Of a DNA stretch of 64,000 nt, positions 12,500 through 24,815 are shown piece by piece. Numbering within the stretch: position 1 is the first letter of the stretch; the number at the start of each line of letters is the position of its first letter. The notes below the pieces were generated by a model. The model searched no databases and was not told the origin of the DNA. It saw only the letters and a list, made by a program, of their open reading frames with translations. This stretch comes from Dicyema japonicum (taxonomy: Eukaryota; Animalia; Dicyemida): contig RDEW01000045.1 in NCBI GenBank assembly GCA_011109175.1, positions 45,067 to 109,066 on the forward strand, in the 5' to 3' direction. A program made the position numbers and the translations under genes.

Positions 12500-14040
12500 T
12501 GACTGACAATCTCATATGGATGTCATCTTTTTTATCGGATTCTAATACTCGCTATAAAAAATTTACACGCGGTTAAATAGCAAGAGAATGATTCCATATG
12601 AAATAGTTGCTATTAAGAAGTTTGTATGACTACCAATTTTGCCGGAAATTTTTAATCCAGTATATGATCCACCTATATTGATATTGCAACGGTCCACATG
12701 CTCGAGAATATGCAAAAAACGTTGTTTAAAATTACCAATCGAATAAACATCAATATGACTAACAAATAATGCAATGAGCTGCACAATTAGCAAGTAGACA
12801 GAATCATATTATCCATAATTTTATACGTTCTGATCTGCTTGGACTATACATCCATTATAAGTAACCTTTTCTAACACATACGGTGCACTACCGATCATCA
12901 ATAATCCCCTTAAAATATATTGATTCTGTCATAAAAATAGGATTAGAAATCGAGAAACAGCTTAATAGCTATACAATGGTTGAGAAATGCTGCCATGTTA
13001 CTGGTTATTATGATAAATCAAAAAAAGGAACCCAAGGGAGAACGCCTGCCTGTACAGACCAAATCCATCCTCCAATAGTCCATTACAGGCTTCTGCTTCC
13101 GAAGAGAGGTGGAGAAGTAGGTCCACCCTCTTTCATTTTCGTCACACGCCCTACCGTCGCGGACATCACTTCATTCTTAGGCTGAATATTTTTCATAATG
13201 GAAATCTTTGAGTGAGCCAAGGAGAAGGTAAAAAGATTCTTTTCAACAACTTTGTTGTGCCAAAAGTATTCGTTACCTCACGGGTTGAACCGGTCAAGGA
13301 GAATTGATCTCCGCTGAAAAGTAAGCCATTCTGATTTGAACAGAATCGTAGAAAACTAAGAAATCTTTCTACCAAGTAGGCAAAATTCCTATTTTCTCGT
13401 TTTCCCATTTATTTTTACCAAAAAGTTATTTATTGTTAAAAATTATTAACCGCAGAATGACGTAGGAACTGAAGATAATGCGCATCCGAAAAACGATGGA
13501 ATCGCTGATGCCATTTGAGGAGATTCAAAAGGATAGACGATTTCTATTAATAGCTTCTCTCCTTCTATTAGCGAAGTAGACATTTGTGCAACAGAGGCAC
13601 ATCACCACCTTACAACCAAGTAACCACTTGGCTAACTTCTGAAAGGACACACCATAATTATTCTAAAGGGATGAGAAAACAATTGGGGATCTATTAAAGC
13701 CAAAAATGAAAAAAAATGCTAAAATTATCTGAAAGAGAATCACGCCTATCGTCCGAGATCCGTCAATTATATCAACTCATATCAGCTAATGCTATATTTA
13801 ATCTTATGCCTTTCAGTCTCGGACCTAGGTCATGATCTAAGCAAGAAGAGAATCAGAAGAGAAGGAAGTACTTGTTTGTCCCATTTGATGTTGAAATGGC
13901 AAGAATCCTGGCTCACAAGCGGAAAATCTACTCCGTCGGATCGGCTTGATAAACCAAAGGGTCACCAAGGATCCACGTGAGACTGATGGCTTCGAGAGCA
14001 TATCTCGATAACTATTATTAGAAGAAACTCATCTTAGAAA
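12500..14040 (-). CDS. One or two unidentified multi-exon genes, probably membrane proteins
   Basis: Gene-like base composition bounded by AT-rich tracts (13410-13445, 14060-14130), several candidate 21-35 nt GT-AG introns, and hydrophobic segments (FSSMWTVAISI, TNFLIATISYGIILLLF). I could not assemble an unambiguous model. Confidence 0.35.
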
Positions 14041-14124
14041 AATACAAAAATATTTTGTGGTTTTTTTTTTTATTTTTATTTTATTATCATTTTATAAATT
14101 AAATCAATTAATTAATAATTAAAT

Positions 14125-14640
14125 TAAGGCATCTGAATGGCCATGCTATTTCCCCTAACAATAGCCAACGAGATACGTTCTCGGAACCAACCAGTCTCTC
14201 GCGGATCCTTGGTCACAGCTTGAATCATGGAGCCGATCTTACGAACCAACTCATCTGCTTGGGGGCCAAGGATTCCTGACGTTTCCACTGCGAATGGAAC
14301 AAAAAGATACTCCTCCGAAATTCTCTGGTACTTCCTCCTCTTTCGTTCCTCGGCCTACTTTGAAGCATGTCCTGGGTCTGAAGCAGAAGTAACCAAATTA
14401 GACGGGGAATAAGTATCAACACACGTCGCGTCCCAGATCAGGTTTCGTCCGTTAGCGAATGGAAAAGTCGTCATCCCATCAGGGCGTTTTCTATCGTTTC
14501 GGGAAAGACCAGCAGGTTCTAACAGGCAATTGTGTCCAGCAGAGGCAAGGGAATTCTTTAATGTCATGTTAAGACAGGAGTGCCTGGGATCATCTTGCAT
14601 GACAAGGATTTTGTGGTTTAAACGGAAAATCTAAAAATAT
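14125..14640 (-). mobile_element. CRE-like non-LTR retrotransposon, RLE endonuclease C-terminus
   Basis: LLEPAGLSRNDRKRPDGMT...LIWDATCVDT...KYLFVPFAVETSGILGP...QRISLAIVRGNSMAI. Confidence 0.88.
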
Positions 14641-14869
14641 TTCATTTTTGGGCCCAAACGGAGGTAAAATGATAGAGTTCATAAAGATCGGTCCCTATGT
14701 TGGTAGAGGTCGAAATCTCAATGTCAAACTGAGATTTTAAAGATAAATTCGTGGTTAGGGACCACGAGTGCTGGTCCCCAGGTTAGAATAGATCGAAATT
14801 GTCATTTCTTTATTAATCTTAATAGCTGATTAACATAAAGAGGGGGATGAAAACTTCCAAGGAATTATA

Positions 14870-14957
14870 GGGGATGTATTTTTTTCAAATTTTGAAAATT
14901 AAAGAATTTTGATTATAATTGATAAAATAGTTAAAATTTTAAAATTTAAATTTTTAA
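14870..14957 (+). promoter_or_regulatory. Very AT-rich tract directly before a start codon (presumed core promoter / 5' UTR)
   Basis: Similar tracts abut the ATGs of PPOX (18655-18830), cathepsin (25974-26060), PRORP (33295-33360), RPL13, GNL3L, SCYL1 (53207-53280), PBX (55769-55930) and KDSR (61536-61660). Confidence 0.5.
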
Positions 14958-17062
14958 ATGTTTTCGAGAATTGTTGTTCTAAGAAATGGTCTTAATAACA
15001 ACAAATTCGGGGTACGTCTGTAAAAATAGTGTAGTTGAGGGTGATCAGCACTCGAGCCAAAAAGAGGATTAATTTTGTATACATTGTTCGTAAACTTGTC
15101 CCCTATGTGTGGCCTAAGGACAGAAAAGTGAGAATACGCGTCATAGGAGCTGTTTCATGCTTATTGGCGGCCAAGGCAATAACCATTCAGACTCCTTTTA
15201 TATTCAAACTCATCATTGATAAACTCAACCTCCGTTCAGAGTCCTTCATTGCCCTCTCCGTTGCCGGTCTTGTCATTGCCTGTATATCCGCGGTTATTCA
15301 TTATAGATGGGATCTCCCGCATCTCCTCCCAACTATTCTCAGATCTCCGCCTTGCCATATTTTCGAAGGTCTCCCTTACGAGCATAACCACCGTCAATAT
15401 GAGAGTGTTCAAACATTTGATGCATCTCGACATGGCCTACCACACTAACAAGCAGACCGGGGCTGTTGTACGAATTATTCAGAGGGGTTCTAGTGCAATT
15501 CAAACTATCCTTACCCACGTGGTCTTCAATATGTTTCCTCTAATACTGGAGACTCTGATTGTGTCGGGAATTTTGGTTGATGGTCCCATATATGTAGAAA
15601 TACAAATGTGGAACCATGACTGCCCTCGCCAGTGTGACTTGTATTGCCATGTACTTTGTTTTCACCCTCGCAGTCACTCAGTGGAGGTGATTCAATATCC
15701 TAAACCTCAGATTAACCTATCGGAAGCGGATGAACGAGGCTGAAGCTGATGCGGGTAACAAAGTGGTGGAATCGCTGCTGAACATTGAAACTGTCAAGGT
15801 AGAATTGATGGCTCACTATAGTACCACGCAAATGAAGATTATGAGGCCGAGCAGTATGGCAAGACCCTGAAAGCTCTACAGGATGCCTCCCACAAGACTT
15901 CGTGGAGTCTGGCGTTCCTCAATGTTGGACAGAACATCATCATTTCCTGTGGGATGACTGCTATCATGCTCATGTCTGTCTCACAGATACAAGCTGGTGC
16001 TTTTATTCGGTTACACAAGGACTTCTCACGATTGGGGATTTGGCTATGATCAACGGACTGTTGTTCCAACTTGCAATGCCCTTAAACTTCCTGGGAACTG
16101 TTTACAGGGATCTTCGACAAGCAACCACGGACATTGAGGCCCTATTTGATCTCCTAGCCCTCAAATCACAGCACACAGTAGATGTTTAAGCAATTTAGTT
16201 CTTCTGTGACAAACCTTTGCAGTCTACCCACTCTTCTTCCATAATATTTGACAACGTGCACTTCAAATATGACGAAAACGGTGAGAACGTCATGGATGGA
16301 GTTTCTCTGCACATTCCTGGTGGTACCTCAGCTGCTATTGTCGGTACGAGTGGATGTGGGTTGTCCTTCTTTCTCATATTCAGCAAATCTACCGTGGCTA
16401 AGCTGCTATTTAGACTATATCATCCTCAATCTGGGGGTATTTTCATTGATGGACAAGATATTTCGTCAGTTTCCCTCACAAGTCTCCGTTCCGCGATATC
16501 GTTAGTACCTCAGGTTTGCGTAATCCGTGATTTAAGGATTGTATTCTGTTTAATGATTCCATTCGGAACAATATACTGTACGGAGATTTAAGTGCTAATG
16601 ACGAAGCCTTGGGGAATGCGTTCAAACTGGCGGGGATAGACAAATTGGTGGAAAGTTTACCCGATCACTACGACACTATGGTGGGGGAAAGGGGGGTAAA
16701 ACTATCTGGTGGAGAAAAACAGCGGATTGCCATCGCTAGAGCACTTGTTGGAAGACCTCGTATTGTTGTCTGTGATGAGGCAACTTCTTCCCTTGACGCC
16801 ATGAATGAACAGGTTCATACACGTGGTTATAGTGCAGAATATTGCGAGAGCTATCAGAAGGGGTACACGTGGAAGGACTACTCTAATAATTGCACACCGA
16901 CTATCTACAATTATGCACGTTGATAAAATATTCGTAATGAGTGGGGGACGAATAACTGAGGAGGGAACTCATTGGGAGCTCATTTCCAGTCCAGACAGCC
17001 TGTACCGGCATTTATGGGCAATTCAGAATGATTCCTCTCAATTTAGTGAAATTCACAAATAA
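14958..17062 (+). CDS. ABCB7: Mitochondrial ABC half-transporter ABCB7/ATM1
   Basis: ATG at 14958 with an Arg-rich presequence-like N-terminus; [30 protein letters not shown], Walker [46 protein letters not shown]. Introns of 21-25 nt, e.g. 15012-15034 and 15282-15306. Confidence 0.95.
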
Positions 17063-17084
17063 CATTTTCTTAATTTGAACACAG

Positions 17085-18654
17085 TTATTTATTAGTTAGT
17101 ATTGTAAGGTCGCTGACTACTTTATGAACGTGGTGGACAATACCAGGCACATCAACGTAATTAAGGGATCCCCCAACCAGAGTTAGTGGCCACTTCTTTC
17201 TCTTGATGTGATCAGTAATGTCCTGTATTCGCTTGACGTGTCCTATTGAGTAGAGTGGGAGACAGTTCTAGCTATTTGTAGAGAAACAACCCGTTTGTCG
17301 TCGAATGTCATCCAAGCTGGCTGTGTTTTTATGTTTAAATGCTTCCTTAAATACATCAGGGTCTTGTCGGCCAATTTTTGCTCAAAGTCTTGGTCGTTGA
17401 GTAACTTTCCGTTGTATAAAAACTGATATATAACCGAAATAAGAACTGAGAGTTGTTCCGATCCATGCTTTTGATGGTACAGTCTCTGTGGTGGAAAAAT
17501 CCGTGAATTAAACGTGACTCCATATAATTCATCGGATTCACATTCGGGACCAAGTAACCGAATCCCTTGAATAAATAACAAATCAACATCGTAGGCAAGT
17601 CGAACATTTTCAAGGCCAACATCAACCACAGCCATGTCGATCGTTTTCACTGACTTCAACATCTCCGCGAACTCGTCATTCCCAACAAGATCCGTTAGGT
17701 CCTCACTAAATAGATCAAAGTACCCGAGAGGTAAATCGAGGAGAAGACGTAATCAAAGTCCTCAGATTCGTCATTTTTGAGATTCAACTTTATTTTGTCT
17801 TCAGAAAGTTCCATCTTCTCAACCGAAGTGTTGAGTGAGCACTCAACTCCGCATTTGTCCACCAAATAAGATCTCAGAGCACGTGGCAGTTGATCAAGTC
17901 CTTCCTTAAACGTAAATGCAGCCCATTTTTCAGCCAAACTCCTCCTCCACAACGATGAGTTGACCGTTTCTATTTTGCTATAAAACGACCCCCTCAAAAG
18001 TCCACGAATTATTGACCCTCCCCCGCTGATAGTGGCCTTACAAATGTCAGGAAATGCAGCCTCCATACTTAGTTCCGTACTCGAGGCTCCAAATATCCCC
18101 CGGCATAAGGAACTGATCATATAGTCAGAAAATTCATCCCCAAATCGAGTCCGAAAAAAATCATCAACTGTAGCGTCCACGTGATTGTTGGTGGAGAGAA
18201 AATCTTTCATCATATACTTCATTAGCGGTGAAGTGAGGGGACTATATGTGGCAAAAAGAGAAGTCAGTCCCGAAATGGTTTAAGAACAACAACCACGTGG
18301 AATTAAATGGAGTTTATCCCCACACAGATGAATCTATTCTGGGCAGAAGTACTTGTCAGGGTGGAGAACACAATGTCGTCACTAAGTCCTATTTGCTCGA
18401 CCTTTAATAAATATTGGAATGAACAATTTGAAAAAGGTCCGAGACTCTCTTATTGGTTGCCCTAATAGAATGGGGACCTTTTTCAAAATTCTGATTTACT
18501 GTATCTATCCATCCCCCAACTTTGTGCCTTTTTTCAAATATTTTGATCTACGCTGAAATGCCAGTCTAACCTTTGCCATTGGGAGTGCTCGGTTTAGATA
18601 ATATGCGGCAGAGAGCCCAGATATCCCTGCTCCAATGATTCCTACTTTCGCCAT
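17085..18654 (-). CDS. PPOX: Protoporphyrinogen oxidase (HemY type); as written it has two 1-nt frameshifts and one GT-GG intron
   Basis: MAKVGIIGAGISGLSAAYYL (FAD GxGxxG), VGGWI, FEKGPHSIR, FRTRFGDEFSDYMISSLCRGIFG, FKEGLDQLP, GFGYLVP, CLPLYSIGH. Stop TAA at 17087-17085. Confidence 0.92.
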
Positions 18655-18914
18655 CGTTATTTAAAACAACTCCGATAATATTCTTGTCTTTAATCCACCA
18701 AAAAATTAAGAAACAACACCATTTTTAAAATAATTTTTATGTATTTTAATTTATGTAAAATTCTTAAATAAAATAATTTAAATTTTAATTTTGTGATAAT
18801 TAAATTAAATAATAATATCTTAGCTCTGTGCGTCATTCTAGATACGATATCCCCTAAAGATCTATAACCGTAGCAAATCTCACGAACTACCGACCAATTT
18901 TTTGAAATCAAGAT

Positions 18915-19160
18915 GGAGGCTCATTGGATACTCCTGCAAATACTGCAATGGAAACTTACTTTAGGTAACGGGAGGATCACTCCGTGGAAGGTCAAGAGCT
19001 ACACTAGCATCTATTTGAACCAGCAACTGGAAAATATCGGAAAGAAACTTGAAAAAGCAGAAAACCTTGACTACTTAAGAGAAAAAACAATAATCGTTGC
19101 TAGGAAGAGGATAATTAACAAAATTGTTATGAACGTGGCACAAGGGAAGCTTAATTAACT
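18915..19160 (+). mobile_element. RTE-like LINE 3' fragment
   Basis: GRITP...NQQLENIGKKLEKAENLDYLRE parallels the C-terminus of the 6214-6423 fragment. Confidence 0.6.
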
Positions 19161-20541
19161 TATTGACTTCTCGTGGGGTGCTTAAAATAACAACAATAAA
19201 TATTGTAAATTAGTAAAATTTGTGTGATTCTTAGCTAATTGTGCTATTCATTGAATTTGTCTCAAATAGGATTAATCAGTTTTACAATTCTTAAAAGTTA
19301 GAGAAAGAACGCATTCAGGGGGTAATGCGTTCTCAATTATGAGAGCAGCCAAAAGTTGTTAGTTTTTAAATTTATTTTAATTTTAAAAAATAGTTCAATT
19401 TCGTTAGTTGTTAACATTTAAACAAAATCTCGTTAATGAAAACTGTCTAAACCGAAAATAAAGCAACAAAAACTGCATCCCTGATTTAAATACCACTTGT
19501 AAAAAATATCTAAAAATCAATAATTTAAAATAAAATGTAAATTATATTTTTGACATCTAATCAAGCTATGAGCCCAGGGGTGTACCCGAGTTAGAAGAAA
19601 CCGAAACTTTGCTTTAACAAAAACAGGCTAAAACTTTTGGGGATCAAATACCACTGTGTGAACAGGTCCGTGGGTAGAAGTAGTCGAAACCCCATAAAGT
19701 ATATCGTTTAGTTAAAAAGACCTTGAATTTCAAATTAATTATAATTTTTTAATTGATCCACCAGATTGGGACGAGGCGTGGGGAGGATAAAAAAGGGTGT
19801 GGCAGCCTTTTTGTGTCATAGTTTTTGTTTGTTCAATCAACTTTGAAATTTGGTTGGAACAATCGGTAAATCCGATATTAAAAAATTATACAGTCCGACC
19901 CCGAACTGATGCAAAAATTTCTCAATTTTTAGTTTTTTCAAAAATAAGGGTCTTCTGAAAAGCTTAATAAAAAAGGTCTTCAAAAGCTAAATAAAAAATG
20001 TAGAAAAATCTTTCATTTTGAAAAATCTGTTATTTTGTTATTTTTTCGTAGTGAATGCACAATATCTGTTTTAAATCTTTTTAAGAACATTTTATGAGTT
20101 TCTTGTTCGACTACATTGATGTGCATTGTCAAGCACGTGACTCCGTAATCTATATATCTGGCTGTTATCTTTTTCAGATAACCTGATTATTGATATTTTT
20201 TGCTATCATGTTGTTTTCTAGTGTCATAAGTTAAACTTAGTCTTACCAAAAACAATTTCGTATGTCTGATTTATTTGTTCCAGGCCACAAATAGACGAGT
20301 TGTATTATCTATCAAAGTCTTTATTAGAATACGTGTTCGCAATTTTGCAAACAATAAGTTTTAATGTTACCGAAAACCTTTGCATCTCAGAGAACAAACT
20401 TCCTTATTTAATAGGACCCATTACCAAAATTGACGTATAGCAGTTTTTAAATAAGATCTCCTCTCCTTTCAGTCCGACTTCCTTTAGAGATGCTACACTT
20501 TTAATATTTATACAGATCTGACTGTATTTCCATGTATATTA

Positions 20542-22035
20542 TGTCACCGTCCGTACGTGGAACTCCACAAGAACCAATCAAAATAAAAATTAGTTCTCTG
20601 GATAAATCAGAAATTTCTGAGTTGAATGGTGTAATTTTTAGTTAAAATCGTTAATATTTATAAACATAAAGTAGCAAAAAAATCAGTCAATATGAATAGA
20701 GTGTTATTTTAATAATATTTTATTATTCTTAATTAACAAAAAACGTTATTAATATTTAAAAATAAAAAAATTATTTATTTCTGCTTGGTTTTAAGCTTCA
20801 AGTTGAACATGGATGAGTTGCGTCAGATAATTGAATATCTAAAAATCGATATCTGATGCGTCGATTTCAAGAAAGAGTAAACAGCGCAGCATTTGGAGAC
20901 TAGCCTCATTGCTAGTTTTTAGAGGACGATAAAGTTCAGAAACTGTTTTCTCAGAGAAATTTGTAACAGGCTAAATGTTAAACATATTTTTGGACGACAA
21001 AGAGCACCGTGGGTTCAAGGCCAGGTAGAGAGGTATCATTTATATGATAATGTATAGGTTAAATCAATCTTTTAAAAGATGGTTATCATCCGTTTCTTCT
21101 ACTGATGGAACTCTGGAAAAATATCAAGTCTGGAGATCACGACCATTAAACATGCTCCTTTCAAAATATAATGGAGCGGATTATCCGCCAGAAATATCTG
21201 ATGAACGCTTAAATAGATTACTACAGTATGAAGAAGACGAAGACCTATCTTTGTCACGGGATTCTGCACTAAGGCATACTTTGGTAGCTGCAGAAAAAAT
21301 GCGAAAGAAAAGAAGATGGAAAATGATGAAAAATCGTTGAATGTAGGAGACAGAGTCATTCTACGAATGGACTGTGACTACAATTAAACAACGAAAAAAG
21401 GTCAATTATAGAGCATTTGGACACTACAGTTTATCTAGCAGTGGATATACAAGAAAGTATGGTCCACATAGATGGTGGCAACTCGGAAATAATGATAGTC
21501 CACCAAAGCAGAGTTAGAAAATTATTTTAAATGACTTTCCATTCAAGAAATATTTTTTAATCTTTTTGGCTTAATGTGGGGAATAGATTAAGTTGTTGAT
21601 TAAAAATGAGATAAGGTTTTGAGTTGATGTTAGATGTGATGTTAGATATTGATTTAGCGCTATTTTTAGGAAAGGGATTTGAATTTGTCAAAGTTATGGT
21701 TAAAATTAGACATGGTTAAGGGATAGGTTTTATGATATTTTTAGGTTTAAGAATAAAAATTACGGTTTATATTTAGGGTTATGGGTTATAGATTAGGGTT
21801 TGTGTTAGAGATTAAGGATTAGGTTTGGGTTAGGGAATAGGTATAATTTGGGTTATGAACTCGGTTAATGTTTGAGATTAGGGTTTAGGTTTGAATAGGA
21901 GTTTTAACGGTATGGAACTAATTTTAGTTAGTAAAGGAAATAGCGAAGAAAAGAATATTTTTTTGATATTAAAAGTTAATTTTTGTTTAGTTTTTTATTT
22001 AAATGTACGGCGTAGTTCTACGTACGGACGTGACA
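20542..22035 (+). mobile_element. Ginger/TDD-like DNA transposon, internally deleted, with both TIRs and a subterminal telomere-like array
   Basis: Left end TGTCACCGTCCGTACGTGGAACT (20542); reverse complement of right end TGTCACGTCCGTACGTAGAACT (ends 22035). Integrase remnant KHIFGRQRAPWVQGQVER...LNQSFKRWL, with C-terminal VGDRVILRMDCDYN. No clean TSD seen. Confidence 0.82.
21590..21950 (+). repeat. Degenerate TTAGGG/TTAGG-like G-rich array (copy 1)
   Basis: Scattered TTAGGG and GGTTAG units, e.g. 21771-21800 and 21820-21890. Flanks are homologous to 27860-28420. Confidence 0.8.
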
Positions 22036-22349
22036 TTATATTTTTTAATTTTGATTTAACTTCTTGGACATACCCTTGCTAAATTTTTAAGACAAATTTA
22101 AAAATTAAGAATTATCACCCTAAATTTCCACCCAAATGGGGGTTTTTCATTATTACTATTAAAATGATAAAATCTACACAAAAAAGAGGTTTCCTCGCAG
22201 TTTGGGTTTCCCCAAAACGAGGCCAGAGTGTAATAGCTACAACAACAGTGACCTACGGAGGTGGCGATGGTTACGAATGACCATCGTTCGTGGGGATGGA
22301 CACTATTAGACATACCTGATACAAAATCTAATATAAAAAATCTGGATTT

Positions 22350-22672
22350 TCGTCACGTGGCGCCATGTGGTACTGCGTGGTTAATTGGTTGAAGTTTTCT
22401 GTTTTGTTTTTCTATTCTTTTTCTCTTCTATTAGAGTGGCGTCATATGATCCACCTGTCTAGGTGACGCGCAGCGCCTGGTTGACACAAAAAAGGATCAT
22501 TTGCTCTCCCCCACTCTACTGGAGGGGTTTCCACAACTGCAACTATGGACGTCTTACCCTTTATGTTGATTCCTGATAGACTCTGTTTCTGTAGAAGTGG
22601 AAACTGGATACACTTGACTGATTATTTACTTTTCTTCTTTCTCGGTGAATCCGGGGTTAATAATAAATAAAT
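22350..22672 (+). mobile_element. SINE-like non-autonomous element (family S2) with a LINE-like 3' stem-loop and A-rich tail
   Basis: About 320 bp homologous to 45778-46072; partial copy at 62417-62480; related head at 61677-61765. Ends CCGGGGTTAATAATAAATAAAT. Confidence 0.75.
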
Positions 22673-22879
22673 ATGGATCCCCCCGTAGGACTGATACGCA
22701 TCCTATCGGAACATCACGTCCATCCGTATCCGCCATTCGAAGCTCTTTATTAAAGTAGAAAGAAGAGATAGATCTGATGAAGTCTTTTAGAAATTGAAGA
22801 AAGCAAAGAGCAGAAAGGAATATTTCGATCACAAATATAATCGTGGCCCGGACAACAGTACTAACAACTACATTACCTG

Positions 22880-23037
22880 GTCTACAGTTGACTAGTATTA
22901 TTTAAACCATTCTAATGAGAAGAGCTGTTCAGGATTTCGACCCCGCCGGACTCGTCCTCACCTTTGTCGGTCTGGGATCACTTAGTTAGATGAGAACTTT
23001 TATTTCTTTCTCTTTGACCCAGTGATCCTGACGGTAA
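22880..23037 (+). mobile_element. Family A LINE 3' end
   Basis: Near-identical to the reverse complement of 105-240. Confidence 0.88.
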
Positions 23038-23039
23038 TA

Positions 23040-24280
23040 CAGTGCAACCTCCATTTGGGGCGACCTCCTCATTGGGGCACCCCCAGGTTTTAGGGCAGTT
23101 TGAAAAATTAGATCATTTTTATACAGTAATTTCCAAATTTGGAAATTACCTGAACCTCTTAGTGGGGCACTTAATTTTATTTAATTTATATAAAATTTTG
23201 CAATTAATATAAATTTAATTATATAAAATTTTCTTAACCTTCGCGTGCTAGATTTGCGTTTTTGTTGTCATGGGGAGGAAGTTTACTCTGGAGTTAAAGC
23301 TTAAAATTGCCCACGAAATCAACGAAAATTGTTTCATGAGCGAACGAGATATTGTCAAAAAGTATAAAATTAGTAAAGGTTATCTGATAATTCTGTTGTT
23401 TAGGAGCAGTATCTAGAATTAAACAAAATTATATGAACCTTTATAAATAATGGGTCCGTACAATCAAATTGTATTGAACATTGTCAACGAAGAAATGATT
23501 CAACACAACCGAAAAAATTGTCCTTTTGCTTGACAATGCAAGTTGTCACATAAGAATAATCATTTTTTCTAACATTGAGCTATTTTTTCTGCCAAAAAAT
23601 GCAAACATCATTAATTCAACCCTTAGATAGTTATTAAATCGTTCAAATTCAATTATTTAAATAATTTGATGGATTTTACCCTATCTTTTGAGGATGATAA
23701 GTTTTACAAGTAAATCTCAGACAAATAATCATTATTGGTGGGAAGACATGGCAACGAATCAATTACTAATTGTTGGAAGAAAATTGATGTCGTTTTCAAA
23801 CTCTCTCATTGGTGAATAATGAATTGGAGAGTTTAGATAACATAATTAAATATATAATTACTGAAAATGAAGTAGAAAATGATGACGAGAATATATACGA
23901 CGGAGTAAAATGTACCTATTCTCATTTGGAAACAATAACAGCGATGAATACACTTGAAGAGAACATTTTCATTTGTTTCCTGAAGCTTTGAAAGATTATT
24001 ATAATTTCAGAAAAATATTAGGAATGCAAATGAAAAAATCCGCAACCGGAGGGAATTTAACAGACTATTTTCCTATCGTTAAATAAATTTGTTTTTAATA
24101 TAATTCTGAAAAATCTATAAAAAAAACAACATTATTTATCTATAAATTATATAAAAAGCAAATTTAATTTTTTTAAACTGTGGATAAAATCTAAAGAAAA
24201 TACCGAACCTCCATTTTTGGGGAAACCTCTGTTTTTGGGGCATTTTTTTAAATAGGTGCCCCAAATAGAGGTCATTACTG
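23040..24280 (+). mobile_element. pogo/Tigger DNA transposon, deleted derivative with both TIRs
   Basis: TA|CAGTGCAACCTCCATTTGGGGC on the left; reverse complement of right end CAGTAATGACCTCTATTTGGGGC. DDE_1 motifs KIVLLLDNASCH, IELFFLPKN, IQPLD and ITNCWKK. Confidence 0.85.
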
Positions 24281-24735
24281 TGGTTTTAAAATTCTCATTA
24301 TCTTCACAGCAAAAGTTACTTTGTTCTATCATGTCGAATAAATGAGAGTTCGGTGGATGTTTGTTTAAAATATCTTCAATGTATGGAGTTCCTGCTTGAC
24401 TGAGACGAATACATTCGTGATATCCACGGATATGAGTACTATCCTAAGTACTATTTTCTTTTATCGGCTATAGGGGTTAAATCCTTCCGCAATGAATTTT
24501 GTTAAAGTTTTTAGGTGTGTTGTGGTCGAATGTTTACTCCGGAATCCTTAGTGGGTCGTAGGTGAAGGTATTGAGATTGAATCCTGTACTTTTTTCCAGA
24601 ACAAGCCTTTCGAGGATCTTGATACCTGACTCAGAATAGATATTGTGCGATAGTGGAGATAAACTCTTCGGGATTATAGTGAGAAGACCCCCACAACATA
24701 TCCTTGTTCGATCTACCTGTATAAAATTACAAACA
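24281..24735 (-). mobile_element. Jockey-like LINE fragments (APE endonuclease piece and RT pieces)
   Basis: DRTRICCGGLLTIIPK (EN) at 24640-24720; 24281-24535 matches 38975-39040 and 39480-39620. Confidence 0.7.
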
Positions 24736-24815
24736 AATATGAGATAGAAATTAATTAACTCAATATTTATTACAACCAAATAGTAATAACACCCAAAGTT
24801 ATCTTAATGACATAA

